Positions 19,595-29,279 of a stretch of 64,000 nt of DNA are shown here, one piece after another. The number at the start of each line of letters is the position of its first letter. Position 1 is the first letter of the stretch. Where the stretch lies: contig JASJAZ010000006.1 in the NCBI GenBank assembly GCA_030066785.1, positions 3,504 to 67,503 on the forward strand. The letters are read 5' to 3'. Source of the DNA: Desulfobacterales bacterium (lineage in GTDB: Bacteria; Desulfobacterota; Desulfobacteria; Desulfobacterales; JASJAZ01). Below the pieces are notes generated by a model, which was given only the letters and a program-made list of their open reading frames with translations, searched no databases and was not told the origin of the DNA. Made by a program: the position numbers and the translations under genes.

Positions 19595-20644
19595 TTAGGC
19601 CGCTTTTTCATCCGTCGCCGTCTCAGTCGTGCTGTTGTTGCCCCACTTGTACTTGGCGTATTTGAGATAGCCAAATACATTATTGAGACGGGGGTCAACC
19701 ACATCTTCAATCGGCATAACCGTGCCAGGCAGCAGCGGAATTAAGTAGTCTCCTAACGCCTTGGCGCCGCCGCCGGTGAGAATAATATTATCGATGTCCC
19801 AGTCATCAGACCATAGCCGTTCGATATCGTTGGCAATGAGCTCAGCCGAATGCGAAAAAACCTTTGTCTTGATATCGTCAAGTGCATATTCCTGCCCACG
19901 GATCTTAATGCGACCCGATTCAACCGCTTTATAAAGCCGATATAACTCCAAGTTGACTCCGGTTTCTTCACGCAGTTTTTGAGCAATGCCGCTGAAACTT
20001 TTCGAAATTCCGTTATCCATCGTGGCGCTTCCCCGATCAACAAAACGCATCTGATCCATAATCGTGCAGTCCACTGTCCGAAAACCGATATCAACAACCC
20101 CAACTTTCTGTTTCGTCAAATCTTTATTGGCAATTTTCCCGTTATCATCCATGAGGATATTGAAGACGCTTCCCAGGGGTTGGGGCATCATGCGCACCTT
20201 ATTAATGTTTATCCGGCGGGTCACCTGACTGCCATCGGCTTTATGAAAGGTAATTTCGTGTTGACCCATTAGTATCTTGGTGAAGTTCGTGTAAAATTTC
20301 TTTAGATAGCCAACCGGCAGGCCCGATACAACATTGAGAGGAATATATTTTTCAGGAAAACTGCCAGCGATGGTAAGGGCCAGGACCTTGACGAATTTGG
20401 ATATTAGTTTTTCCTGATTCAAGGTATACTGTTGAATATTGGATTGTAACTCCGCAAAATCACCAACAAAATAAGATTTATCGTCAATGGTAACATGCAG
20501 GTTATCTTTAATTGAATCCTTGGCAATTTTTGTGCGGAATTTGATATCGGTAGCCTCCCCGAGCAGCGACTTAAAAACGATTGCCTCTTTGCCGTCAGTG
20601 GCTTTGGTAAAACCAAACCCAACATCAATGCCTAAAACTTCCAT
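19595..20644 (-). CDS. ParM/Alp-family actin-like ATPase (ALP_N-type N-terminus); orphan with no ParR-like partner visible
   Basis: 349 aa. The N-terminal phosphate-1 motif VLGIDVGFGFTKA, a second motif VGVVDIGFRTVD and a distal ILTGGGA match the actin/Hsp70 fold as in plasmid-segregation actins. A strong GGAGG RBS is present. Confidence 0.7.
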   Translation of the reverse strand: MEVLGIDVGFGFTKATDGKEAIVFKSLLGEATDIKFRTKIAKDSIKDNLHVTIDDKSYFVGDFAELQSNIQQYTLNQEKLISKFVKVLALTIAGSFPEKYIPLNVVSGLPVGYLKKFYTNFTKILMGQHEITFHKADGSQVTRRININKVRMMPQPLGSVFNILMDDNGKIANKDLTKQKVGVVDIGFRTVDCTIMDQMRFVDRGSATMDNGISKSFSGIAQKLREETGVNLELYRLYKAVESGRIKIRGQEYALDDIKTKVFSHSAELIANDIERLWSDDWDIDNIILTGGGAKALGDYLIPLLPGTVMPIEDVVDPRLNNVFGYLKYAKYKWGNNSTTETATDEKAA

Positions 20645-21046
20645 TTAGTGCCTCCATCTCCCGGTTTGCCCGCAAACACGTATAGCGGCTCAATAAATGC
20701 CTCGCAAATTGAGTGCGCAGGTTATGGCGCATTTACTTATTCGGAGTCAGTTTGATAGTGGCACAGAACAAATATTTTGCCACTATCAGCTATACTTAGC
20801 TGTGCGCGCCGATATAGATTCAACCAATCTAAATCATTAACATTTCTTTTATTAATCGTGCAATTACCCCCAATTTACAACTATCCTAAAAATAGATTTC
20901 TGTCAAACTGTCAATATTCTGGCACTTTTTTTATGCAACTATAGGGTTTAGTTTAATTTAAGCATACCTTTCTGTTAATACCTTTTGACCAGGCACTTTA
21001 AATATTATACGACTTATTACCACTTCAGATTTGAAAGGATCCCACC

Positions 21047-22288
21047 ATGAATCCGAAATCCTCCAATGAAGACACTGAGCTGAAAACCGAAGAGCGGCTG
21101 CTATTGGTGGATGACAATCCCGCCAACCTGCAAGTTTTGATGGAAACCCTGCAGGGCCAAAACTATAAGCTGTTGGCGGCTAAAAATGGCGAGATGGCGT
21201 TGGCCATTGCCCGCAAAGCGCAACCGGAACTCATTTTGCTGGATATCATGATGCCGGGTATCGACGGTTATGAGGTCTGCCGGCGATTGAAATCAGATCC
21301 GCACACCTCGGAAATTGCCATCATTTTTCTTTCCGCCATGGATGCCACCCAGGATAAAGTTAAGGGCTTTAAATTAGGCGCCGTGGACTATATTACCAAG
21401 CCGTTTCAGCCGGAAGAGGTGATTGCCCGGGTTGAAACCCATCTGACCATTCATCGATTGCAGCAAAGCCTCGAGCTGCGCAATCAGGAGCTGCAAGAAC
21501 TGAACGCCAATCTTGAGCGAAAGGTTGAAGAAAAAAGTAAAGAATTGCTGAATACGCGCGATGCCGTGATCTTTGGTCTGGCCAAATTAACTGAAACCCG
21601 CGATGATGACACCGGGTTGCATCTTGAAAGAATCTGTAAATTTGTTGAGATACTGGCCCGCAAAATCGCCAAAAATCATCCAGAGATCGACGAAAGATGG
21701 ATTCGAACCGTCACTTCCACAGCGGCACTGCATGATATTGGTAAAGTGGGCATTCCGGATGCTGTGCTGAATAAGCCAGGCCCGTTAACCTCTGAAGAAC
21801 GGGAAATCATACAGATGCACCCAACCATCGGGGGCGATACACTGCTTGAAATTAGAGACCAGTGGGGCAACAGCCCATTTCTGGCCCGGGCCATAGAAAT
21901 TTCCATGGCCCATCATGAAAAGTGGGACGGCAACGGCTACCCTTTCGGAATTAAAGGCGATGCCATCGCCCTTTCAGCCAGGATTCTGGCAGTTGCGGAT
22001 GTCTATGATGCCCTGACCTGCAAACGAATCTATAAGGACGGCATGCCGCATGCGAAGGTCAAAAAAATAATCGCCGAAGGCTCAGGTAAGGATTTTGATC
22101 CGGAGATCGTTGAAGCGTTTATGGCCACTGAAAAGGAGATTGAAAAGGTGGCCCAGGAATTGCGCACCTTAGACGAAAATAAGACTGTCGGAATCGCTAC
22201 GATTAATCGGCAGAAAGCGATGGCTGCGTGGCGACAACAAATATGTGAATTTGTCGAGTTAACCGATCAAAAGCAGCCAAAAAAATAA
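21047..22288 (+). CDS. Response regulator with REC domain, coiled-coil linker and HD-GYP domain (putative c-di-GMP phosphodiesterase)
   Basis: REC motifs (LLVDDNPANL...ILLDIMMPGIDG...KPF). HD-GYP motifs (LHDIGKVGIP...HHEKWDGNGYP). Confidence 0.9.
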   Translation: MNPKSSNEDTELKTEERLLLVDDNPANLQVLMETLQGQNYKLLAAKNGEMALAIARKAQPELILLDIMMPGIDGYEVCRRLKSDPHTSEIAIIFLSAMDATQDKVKGFKLGAVDYITKPFQPEEVIARVETHLTIHRLQQSLELRNQELQELNANLERKVEEKSKELLNTRDAVIFGLAKLTETRDDDTGLHLERICKFVEILARKIAKNHPEIDERWIRTVTSTAALHDIGKVGIPDAVLNKPGPLTSEEREIIQMHPTIGGDTLLEIRDQWGNSPFLARAIEISMAHHEKWDGNGYPFGIKGDAIALSARILAVADVYDALTCKRIYKDGMPHAKVKKIIAEGSGKDFDPEIVEAFMATEKEIEKVAQELRTLDENKTVGIATINRQKAMAAWRQQICEFVELTDQKQPKK

Positions 22289-22313
22289 CCACAGCGGCAA
22301 CCTGTTCTCTGTC

Positions 22314-22730
22314 TCATTCACCAATTATTTTTACCAGCACCCGTTTTTGACGCCGGCCATCGAATTCCCCGTAAAAAATCTGTTCCCAGGTACCAAAGTC
22401 CAGTTTTCCATCCGTAATCGCAACAACCACTTCACGTCCCATGATTTGGCGTTTCATATGGGCATCAGCATTATCCTCGCCCACATTATGCCGGTATTGC
22501 GAAACAGGTTCGTGCGGTGCAAGCTTTTCCAGCCAGATATCATAATCGTGATGCAAACCAGATTCATCGTCGTTGATGAATACGGATGCGGTGATGTGCA
22601 TTGCGTTAATAAGTATGAGGCCTTCCTTTATCCCACTTTCACGCAAGCATGCCTCCACATCTGGCGTAATGTTGATAAGCGCCCTGCGAGTTGGCACCTC
22701 AAACCACAGCTCCTTACGATAGCTTTTCAT
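22314..22730 (-). CDS. YjbQ/UPF0047 family protein (secondary thiamine-phosphate synthase-like)
   Basis: Family-typical sequence (ITPDVEACL...[23 protein letters not shown]...NADAHMK). The start is set at MKSYRK (ATG 22730) behind AAAGG. Confidence 0.8.
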   Translation of the reverse strand: MKSYRKELWFEVPTRRALINITPDVEACLRESGIKEGLILINAMHITASVFINDDESGLHHDYDIWLEKLAPHEPVSQYRHNVGEDNADAHMKRQIMGREVVVAITDGKLDFGTWEQIFYGEFDGRRQKRVLVKIIGE

Positions 22731-23129
22731 AATGCGACCTTTCAAATTTTAGGACCACCGGTTTAATTAGATCGAAAAATATCGCCGATTCGCAAACAAT
22801 AATCAATCACCATAGCATTGTTTGATTCAACTTCTATCAAAAGGATCAATAATTTGAAAACACTTCTTGATTTTCTTCTATCGTGCCTTATAACTTCTAT
22901 TTAAAATTATCATCCTCATTTAAATTTTAATTGTCATTTGCCCTGTCTTTCCAAGCTCGCATAAACAAACCCATCCTTTCCTAGCCAATTATACAAGCGG
23001 GTTTGTTGGCAATTACGAGTAGAATGGACTTTAAATATGCATGTAGAATCGTGGCAGACAGGACTTCACGAATTTGAAGATGTGTCAAATTTAACAACTT
23101 AACGGCAGTAACCTAAAAGGAGGTAGCCC

Positions 23130-23930
23130 ATGAAGAAAGCACGCGTGATCGTCATTTTAATCCTGGCATTGTCTGTATTTATTTCCTGTGCCCCAAGCTC
23201 TCTCAACCAAATCCAGACTAAAAATGAATTGGTGGTTGGCACCGCCGGCAATATGCCGCCTTTGAATATGACCACCAAAGACGGCGAAATCATCGGGTTT
23301 GAAATGGATTTGGCGCGTCGGATGGCTGATAGCATGGGGGTGGAACTCAGGTTTGAAAAAATGGCATTCGCTGAATTATTGCCCGCATTGGAAAAGGGAA
23401 CGGTTGACATGGTTATTTCCGGAATGACCATTACGCCCAATCGCAATGTCAAGGTCGCTTTTGTCGGTCCCTATTTCATATCTGGCAAGGCGTTTTTAAC
23501 TAAAATCGAAACCATCGCTGCCGCTAAAGATCCAGCATCGGTCAATAGCCCGAACACATCCTATGCCGCGCTGAAAGGATCGACCAGTCAGGCATTTGTC
23601 GAAAGTGTGCTGCCGCTGTCCCGGTTAGTTACCACCCAAGATTATGATGAGGCGGTGGATTTGGTGCTCAACGGCGAAGTGGAGGCCATGGTGGCTGATT
23701 ACCCTATCTGCATCGTGTCGCTCTTTCGGTATCCTGATCAAGGCTTGCTTTCGCTAATCACGCCTTTCACATACGAACCTTTGGGCATTGCTGTTCCGGG
23801 AGGAGATGCCCATCTAATTAACTGGGTTGAAAACTTTCTGAGCATTATGAAAGGTAGCGGTCAATTGGATGAGCTTAAAGAGCGCTGGTTTTTCGATGGC
23901 GCTTGGTTAAATCGATTGCCTCAAAGATAA
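23130..23930 (+). CDS. Periplasmic polar amino-acid ABC-type substrate-binding protein (SBP_bac_3); no cognate permease or ATPase nearby
   Basis: 266 aa with a signal/lipoprotein-like N-terminus and typical family-3 SBP sequence (LVVGTAGNMPPLNM...GFEMDLARRMA...DMVISGMTITPNR). RBS AAAGGAGG. Confidence 0.85.
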   Translation: MKKARVIVILILALSVFISCAPSSLNQIQTKNELVVGTAGNMPPLNMTTKDGEIIGFEMDLARRMADSMGVELRFEKMAFAELLPALEKGTVDMVISGMTITPNRNVKVAFVGPYFISGKAFLTKIETIAAAKDPASVNSPNTSYAALKGSTSQAFVESVLPLSRLVTTQDYDEAVDLVLNGEVEAMVADYPICIVSLFRYPDQGLLSLITPFTYEPLGIAVPGGDAHLINWVENFLSIMKGSGQLDELKERWFFDGAWLNRLPQR

Positions 23931-23953
23931 TAATCCCTTTATAGAATCAAGGC

Positions 23954-23986
23954 CGGTCATCCCCCTTTTCTACCGGGGGATGACCG
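23954..23986 (+). terminator. Hairpin terminator candidate after the SBP gene
   Basis: CGGTCATCCCCC-TTTTCTAC-GGGGGATGACCG, a perfect 12-bp GC-rich stem 24 nt after the stop. No clean T-run follows it. Confidence 0.5.
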
Positions 23987-24281
23987 CCGGTTATACCCCG
24001 TATTTATCTTCTAAAGCTAGTTGTGCAATGCATTTCACATTTGCCCAAATAATGATAGCGGGCATCGCTGTCAATTTTAAGGCAAAATTCTCTGTTTAAT
24101 ACCCAATCACCAAAATGTTGCCACCCATCATTCCGATGGCTGATAAAAATTGATATTTTCTATTTCCGACCCGTAGACATCAAATCGATTTACCGGTATT
24201 ATCATGAAACTTTAAACTAAAATTAGTGAATGTAATGCATTGCGCACCGATATAATTGGCCCACCGAACCGTTTATAACCA

Positions 24282-27200
24282 ATGAAAACCCTTCGCGATA
24301 CTATCCGTCAAATTGAGTCAGATCTTGCGGAAACACTATTATTAGACCGCTATAAAATCGCCCGTGAACTTAAAACGATCAATAAAGCTTCCATGAAGGC
24401 GGCCAGCAAAGCCGACAAGGTCAACCGGCTGCATAAAAGGGTACGTGCATCCATTCGCTCAAAAAAACGGCGCCAGGCCAAACAACCCCGGCCACAGTAT
24501 ATTTCAAATTTACCGATTACGGCAAAAAAAGATGCTATCATCCGAGCTATCCGCGAACATTCGGTGGTGATTATCTCCGGTGCCACCGGATCGGGCAAAA
24601 CCACCCAGATACCGAAATTCTGCCTGGCAGCCGGGTGTGGTATTGCCGGTAAAATCGGATGCACCCAGCCGCGCCGCATTGCAGCGATGACGGTTGCGCA
24701 GCGCATTACCGAAGAGTTAGATGAAACCATCGGCAAATCCATCGGTTATAAAATTCGCTTCAATGATCGCACCCACCGTGATGGCTATATTAAACTTATG
24801 ACCGATGGCATTTTACTGGCGGAAACCCAAAATGATCCGTTGCTATCTGAATATGATACTATAATTGTCGACGAGGCCCATGAAAGAAGTCTTAACATCG
24901 ATTTTGTCTTGGGTATTCTAAAGACGCTGCTGGTCAAACGGCAAGATGATCTAAAAATAATCATCACATCCGCAACCATTGATACGGCCAAGTTTTCCGC
25001 TGCATTTGCTAACGCGCCGGTTATTGAGGTGTCCGGCCGGATGTTTCCGGTAAAAACATATTACCGCCCCCTTGAAGCAAATGGCAATGATGAGTCGACC
25101 CATGTCGAGTCCGCTGCCCAGGCCGTTGACTGGATTATGCGTAAAAAATGGCCTGGCGACATCCTGATTTTTATGCCCACGGAACAAGACATCCGCGAAA
25201 CTTGTGAGTTGCTGGCTGGCAGGCCATACAGCGGCATCGATATTATGCCCCTGTATGCACGGCTGCCTGCGGCAGAGCAGTCACGAATCTTTCGCCGCTC
25301 ATCAAAACGCAAAATCATTGTGGCCACCAACGTAGCGGAGACCTCTATCACCATTCCCGGCATTAAATATGTCGTTGATTCTGGATTGGCCCGTATTTCG
25401 CAATATTCTCCTCGAAGCCGCACTACCGCGTTACCGGTAGCGCCAATTTCACGCAGCAGTGCCGATCAGCGTCAGGGAAGATGTGGCCGCACCGAACACG
25501 GTATCTGCCTACGTCTTTATTCAGAGGAAGATTATAGTAATCGCCCGCTGTATACGACGCCTGAAATTCTGCGGGCCAATTTGGCAGACGTTATTTTGCG
25601 AATGACGGCCCTAAATCTGGGAAACATTGCTGAGTTTCCATTTATAGATCCCCCGACCGATAAGCGTATCAGGGATGGGTGCAATTTACTTCAGGAGTTG
25701 GGGGCCATTGCCAAGCAACCTGCGCTGAAAATACAAAATAGCGAATCGCGGTTTCGGCTGACCCCCAGGGGCCGCCTTATGGCCAAGCTTCCCATAGATC
25801 CGCGACTTTCCCGAATATTAATTGAAGCTCACCAAGAACGATGTCTTGACGAAGGCCTGGTCATTATCGCCGCATTGAGCATTCAAGACCCTCGCGAACG
25901 CCCACCCGAAAAGGAAAAAGACGCCGATCAGGCGCATGCTGCGTTTGTTGATTCCACATCAGATTTTCTGTCCCTACTAAACATTTGGCACCGGTATCAA
26001 AAAACCCGCCAAAAAGTCACATCAACCAACCAGCTAAAAAAATTTTGCCGTCGCCATTTTTTGTCTTTCAAGCGCATGCGTGAATGGCACGATATCCACC
26101 GCCAGCTTGTAACGATTGCGCAAGAGTCGGGATCGTTTGAAACATCTTTTAAGAAAAAAGTTGGTAAAGTTGCATCGAATGAATTTTCGCAAAAATATAC
26201 GGCAATTCATAAATCGCTTGTAAGCGGGTTTTTATCCAACATCGCCCAAAAAAAATCGAAAAACTTATTTAAAGGCAGCCACGGCAAAGAGGTCATGATC
26301 TTTCCAGGCTCGGGGCTTTTTAATCGTGGCGGCGCCTGGATCGTAGCGGCTGAAATGGTGGAGACGTCACGGTTGTTTGCGCGCATTGCCGCCAATATTG
26401 ATCCCGGCTGGCTTGAACGTTTAGGCCAAGAGCAGTGCAAATATATCTACAGGGATCCGCATTGGGAGCGCAAAAGAAAAACGGTCGTGATCAGCGAACA
26501 GGTAAGCCTATATGGTTTGATCATCGTTGCCGATCGCAAAGTAACGTACGGCCGTATTAACCCTGAGGACGCCACCGACATCTTTATTCGCCAGGCCCTA
26601 GTCGACGAAGATATCAGCAAGCCGCTGCCCTTTATGGTGCATAACCGTGCCCTGATCAACGATATTGAGGATATGGAAAACCGGCTGCGTCGTCGGGACA
26701 TCCTGATATCCGCAGAAGATCTGGTTATGTTTTATAAAAAGCGCCTGAATAATATATCCAGCCTTGCGGCCTTGCATCAACTCATCAAGCAAAAGGGCAA
26801 TGATCAGTTTTTACGCATGCAATCCAAAGATCTCCTGCGGTATCTCCCGGATGCAAAAGAGTTGGCACACTTTCCTGATAATGTTGAGCTCGGAGGCAAT
26901 CGATTCGACTGTCGCTATCAATTTCAACCGCGCCAGGAAGATGACGGCCTGACCGTCCATATTCCACGCGAACGCGCCCTGCATCTGCCGGCTGAATCGC
27001 TCGACTGGATGGTACCTGGTATGTTGGCTGAAAAAATTACGTCCTTAATCAAAGGCTTGCCCAAAGAATACCGCAAGAAACTGGTACCGGTAAACGCGAC
27101 GATTGCGCTTACTTTAAAAGAAATGCCGCGGGGAGATGGTGCCTTAATTACCGCACTGGGAAAATTTATTTTCCAAAAATTCGGCATTAATATTCCGGGA

Positions 27201-28262
27201 TCGGCCTGGCCCGCAAATTTGTTGCCACCGCATTTAACAACCCGGATTGCCATTACCGATCATGACGGCAACATCATTCAAGCGGACCGAGATGTTGCCA
27301 TCCTCAGCGCAAAACCGGGTCAATCGTCCTATAACCGGCAATTGGAGGCCGCCAAATCGAAATGGGAACAAACCGGCATCACGCGATGGAATTTTAAAGA
27401 TCTGCCCGCTGCCGTTGAATTAAAAGCGGGCCGCACTGGGCGTTGGAAAGTTTATCCGGGTCTGCAAAAGGATACGGGTGCCACACCGCAAGTAAGCTTA
27501 CGGCTGTTTGAAGATCCACAAGAGGCGCTTAAAATACATAAGAAAGGCGTTGCTGAACTGTTGCGCATCCATTTGGCCAAGGAACTAAAGTACATCAAAA
27601 AGCAGTTGATTCTGCCTGAAAACTTATCCAGTTATGTCCGTTATCTTGGCGGCCATCAAAAAATCCAGGCCATCCTCTATGACGGCATCGTTCAAACCCA
27701 ATTTGAAAAAAATATTCGTTCCCGATCCGCATTTGAAACTTATACACAAAAGGTTCAATCTCACATTCGGTCAAAAGCCCGTAAAATATTGGATCAAACG
27801 ATTCCAGTCTTAAAAAGCTATGGCGAATGCTGCGCAGCGCTGGGACGCCTGGAAAGTATCAACCAAACCAACACTTCTTTTCTAAATCTTGTGACCCGAC
27901 TGCAGCAGGAACTTTCGCGCCTGGTACCTTCTCATTTCATGTTTCTTTATTCGGCGGAACGGCTAACGCACATCGTTCGCTATATTCAGGCTGTTGCCGT
28001 GCGGGCCGAACGCGCCACCATCGATATTGAAAAAGACCGGATGCGCGCTGATCATTTGGCACCCTACCAGCAAAAGCTAACCTCACTATTAAAGGATTTA
28101 ACACCGGCTTCATCGGAAGCAAAGAGAAAAGAAGTAGAAAACTTCTTCTGGTTGATTGAAGAGTTTAAGGTGTCGCTGTTTGCCCAGGAACTCAAAACGG
28201 CCGGCTCGATATCGGCCAAGCGACTGGATAATAAGTTGAAATCCATTGAGCGCATGGTATAA
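24282..28262 (+). CDS. hrpA: ATP-dependent RNA helicase HrpA (DEAH-box)
   Basis: 1326 aa with GATGSGKTTQ, DEAHERS, SATID, TNVAETSITIPG and QRQGRCGR motifs, plus the long HrpA-type C-terminal region. Confidence 0.95.
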   Translation: MKTLRDTIRQIESDLAETLLLDRYKIARELKTINKASMKAASKADKVNRLHKRVRASIRSKKRRQAKQPRPQYISNLPITAKKDAIIRAIREHSVVIISGATGSGKTTQIPKFCLAAGCGIAGKIGCTQPRRIAAMTVAQRITEELDETIGKSIGYKIRFNDRTHRDGYIKLMTDGILLAETQNDPLLSEYDTIIVDEAHERSLNIDFVLGILKTLLVKRQDDLKIIITSATIDTAKFSAAFANAPVIEVSGRMFPVKTYYRPLEANGNDESTHVESAAQAVDWIMRKKWPGDILIFMPTEQDIRETCELLAGRPYSGIDIMPLYARLPAAEQSRIFRRSSKRKIIVATNVAETSITIPGIKYVVDSGLARISQYSPRSRTTALPVAPISRSSADQRQGRCGRTEHGICLRLYSEEDYSNRPLYTTPEILRANLADVILRMTALNLGNIAEFPFIDPPTDKRIRDGCNLLQELGAIAKQPALKIQNSESRFRLTPRGRLMAKLPIDPRLSRILIEAHQERCLDEGLVIIAALSIQDPRERPPEKEKDADQAHAAFVDSTSDFLSLLNIWHRYQKTRQKVTSTNQLKKFCRRHFLSFKRMREWHDIHRQLVTIAQESGSFETSFKKKVGKVASNEFSQKYTAIHKSLVSGFLSNIAQKKSKNLFKGSHGKEVMIFPGSGLFNRGGAWIVAAEMVETSRLFARIAANIDPGWLERLGQEQCKYIYRDPHWERKRKTVVISEQVSLYGLIIVADRKVTYGRINPEDATDIFIRQALVDEDISKPLPFMVHNRALINDIEDMENRLRRRDILISAEDLVMFYKKRLNNISSLAALHQLIKQKGNDQFLRMQSKDLLRYLPDAKELAHFPDNVELGGNRFDCRYQFQPRQEDDGLTVHIPRERALHLPAESLDWMVPGMLAEKITSLIKGLPKEYRKKLVPVNATIALTLKEMPRGDGALITALGKFIFQKFGINIPGSAWPANLLPPHLTTRIAITDHDGNIIQADRDVAILSAKPGQSSYNRQLEAAKSKWEQTGITRWNFKDLPAAVELKAGRTGRWKVYPGLQKDTGATPQVSLRLFEDPQEALKIHKKGVAELLRIHLAKELKYIKKQLILPENLSSYVRYLGGHQKIQAILYDGIVQTQFEKNIRSRSAFETYTQKVQSHIRSKARKILDQTIPVLKSYGECCAALGRLESINQTNTSFLNLVTRLQQELSRLVPSHFMFLYSAERLTHIVRYIQAVAVRAERATIDIEKDRMRADHLAPYQQKLTSLLKDLTPASSEAKRKEVENFFWLIEEFKVSLFAQELKTAGSISAKRLDNKLKSIERMV

Positions 28263-28297
28263 GGTTTCTGATAACATTAAACGAGACTTTAGCAACG

Positions 28298-29173
28298 ATG
28301 CCCACAACTGACATTACCAAAATAAAAATCGGAAAGTACATGATCGGTCTTGTGGGGTTTAAAGATGCCCTGAAAGAAACAGCTGACACATATGCAGATC
28401 AACCGGATGATACCATTGCGCGACAGTTATTAGATCGGCTCAAAAAAAGAAACTATATTCCCCAACATGTCCAAAAAGAATATGGGCAAGCTTTTGTTAG
28501 AGAGTTTCGCAAATTTATGGGTCAGCCGTTTACCCAAGAGGCTTCCACTGAGTTGGAAATAAAAGTGCTGGGTGCCGGTTGTGCGGTGTGTGACGGTCTC
28601 GAAAATTTATTAATGCAAGTTTTGGCAGAAATGAATTTGGCGGCTGATCTGGAACACGTGCGCGATGTTGAAAAATTCGATCACTACAATGTCACGCAAA
28701 CACCGGCACTGGTGATCAATGGTAAAATAATCTTTGCAGGTAAAGCACCAAGCAAACATCAAATCAAAGCATGGCTGCAGAAGGCTGGCATTAAACAAAC
28801 ATCAGGAGGACAAATGGATAAACCGGTACTTATCAAAAACATCCCATTTTCAGAGTCGCAGAACCTATTGGATCTGGTAGAATATGAAGAGGGTCGCGTT
28901 GTTAGCCGAACATTTGCTCAAAATCCATCTGTCAGTTTAACCCTTTTTGCCTTTGATGCGGGTGAAGGCATCAGTGCCCATACCGCGCCTGGAGATGCTA
29001 TGGTGCAAGTTTTAGATGGCGAAGCGCTGGTAAATATTGATGGCACTGATATAACCGTCTGTGCAGGTCAGGTAGTAGTGATGCCGGCTGATGTTCCGCA
29101 TGCAGTTACGGCCGCTAAACGATTTAAAATGCTGCTAACCGTCGTTAAAAGGCCTTTGGGTATTCAATCGTAG
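28298..29173 (+). CDS. Three-part fusion: unknown N-terminal domain, thioredoxin-like CxxC domain (Thioredoxin_3 / MTH895 type) and cupin domain
   Basis: The middle region KVLGAGCAVCDGLENLL...TPALVINGKIIFAGK is the small redox-active disulfide protein pattern. The C-terminal 110 aa have a cupin_2-like pattern (GEGISAHTAPGDAMVQVLDGEA...VVVMPADVPHAV). Confidence 0.65.
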   Translation: MPTTDITKIKIGKYMIGLVGFKDALKETADTYADQPDDTIARQLLDRLKKRNYIPQHVQKEYGQAFVREFRKFMGQPFTQEASTELEIKVLGAGCAVCDGLENLLMQVLAEMNLAADLEHVRDVEKFDHYNVTQTPALVINGKIIFAGKAPSKHQIKAWLQKAGIKQTSGGQMDKPVLIKNIPFSESQNLLDLVEYEEGRVVSRTFAQNPSVSLTLFAFDAGEGISAHTAPGDAMVQVLDGEALVNIDGTDITVCAGQVVVMPADVPHAVTAAKRFKMLLTVVKRPLGIQS

Positions 29174-29229
29174 CCAAAAAGAATGACATGCATCGGCCGC
29201 TAAAACGACTATAATTGTATGTCACCATC

Positions 29230-29260
29230 ATTTGGCCATAAATGATAAAACAGGCCAAAT
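29230..29260. terminator. Hairpin between convergent genes (thioredoxin-cupin fusion and GT2)
   Basis: ATTTGGCC, 15 nt, GGCCAAAT; perfect 8-bp arms. Confidence 0.35.
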
Positions 29261-29279
29261 CAATCGGCGTGGTAAGAAA

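Noticed and set aside
20920-20937. TGGCAC...TGC sequence resembling a sigma-54 -24/-12 promoter upstream of the REC/HD-GYP gene. Similar TGGCAA repeats occur at about 30518-30552 upstream of the TAXI receptor, and TGGCAC at 20759.
   Set aside because: The GG-to-GC spacing does not fit the TGGCAC-N5-TTGC consensus; the GC dinucleotide is 2 to 7 nt too far downstream in each case.
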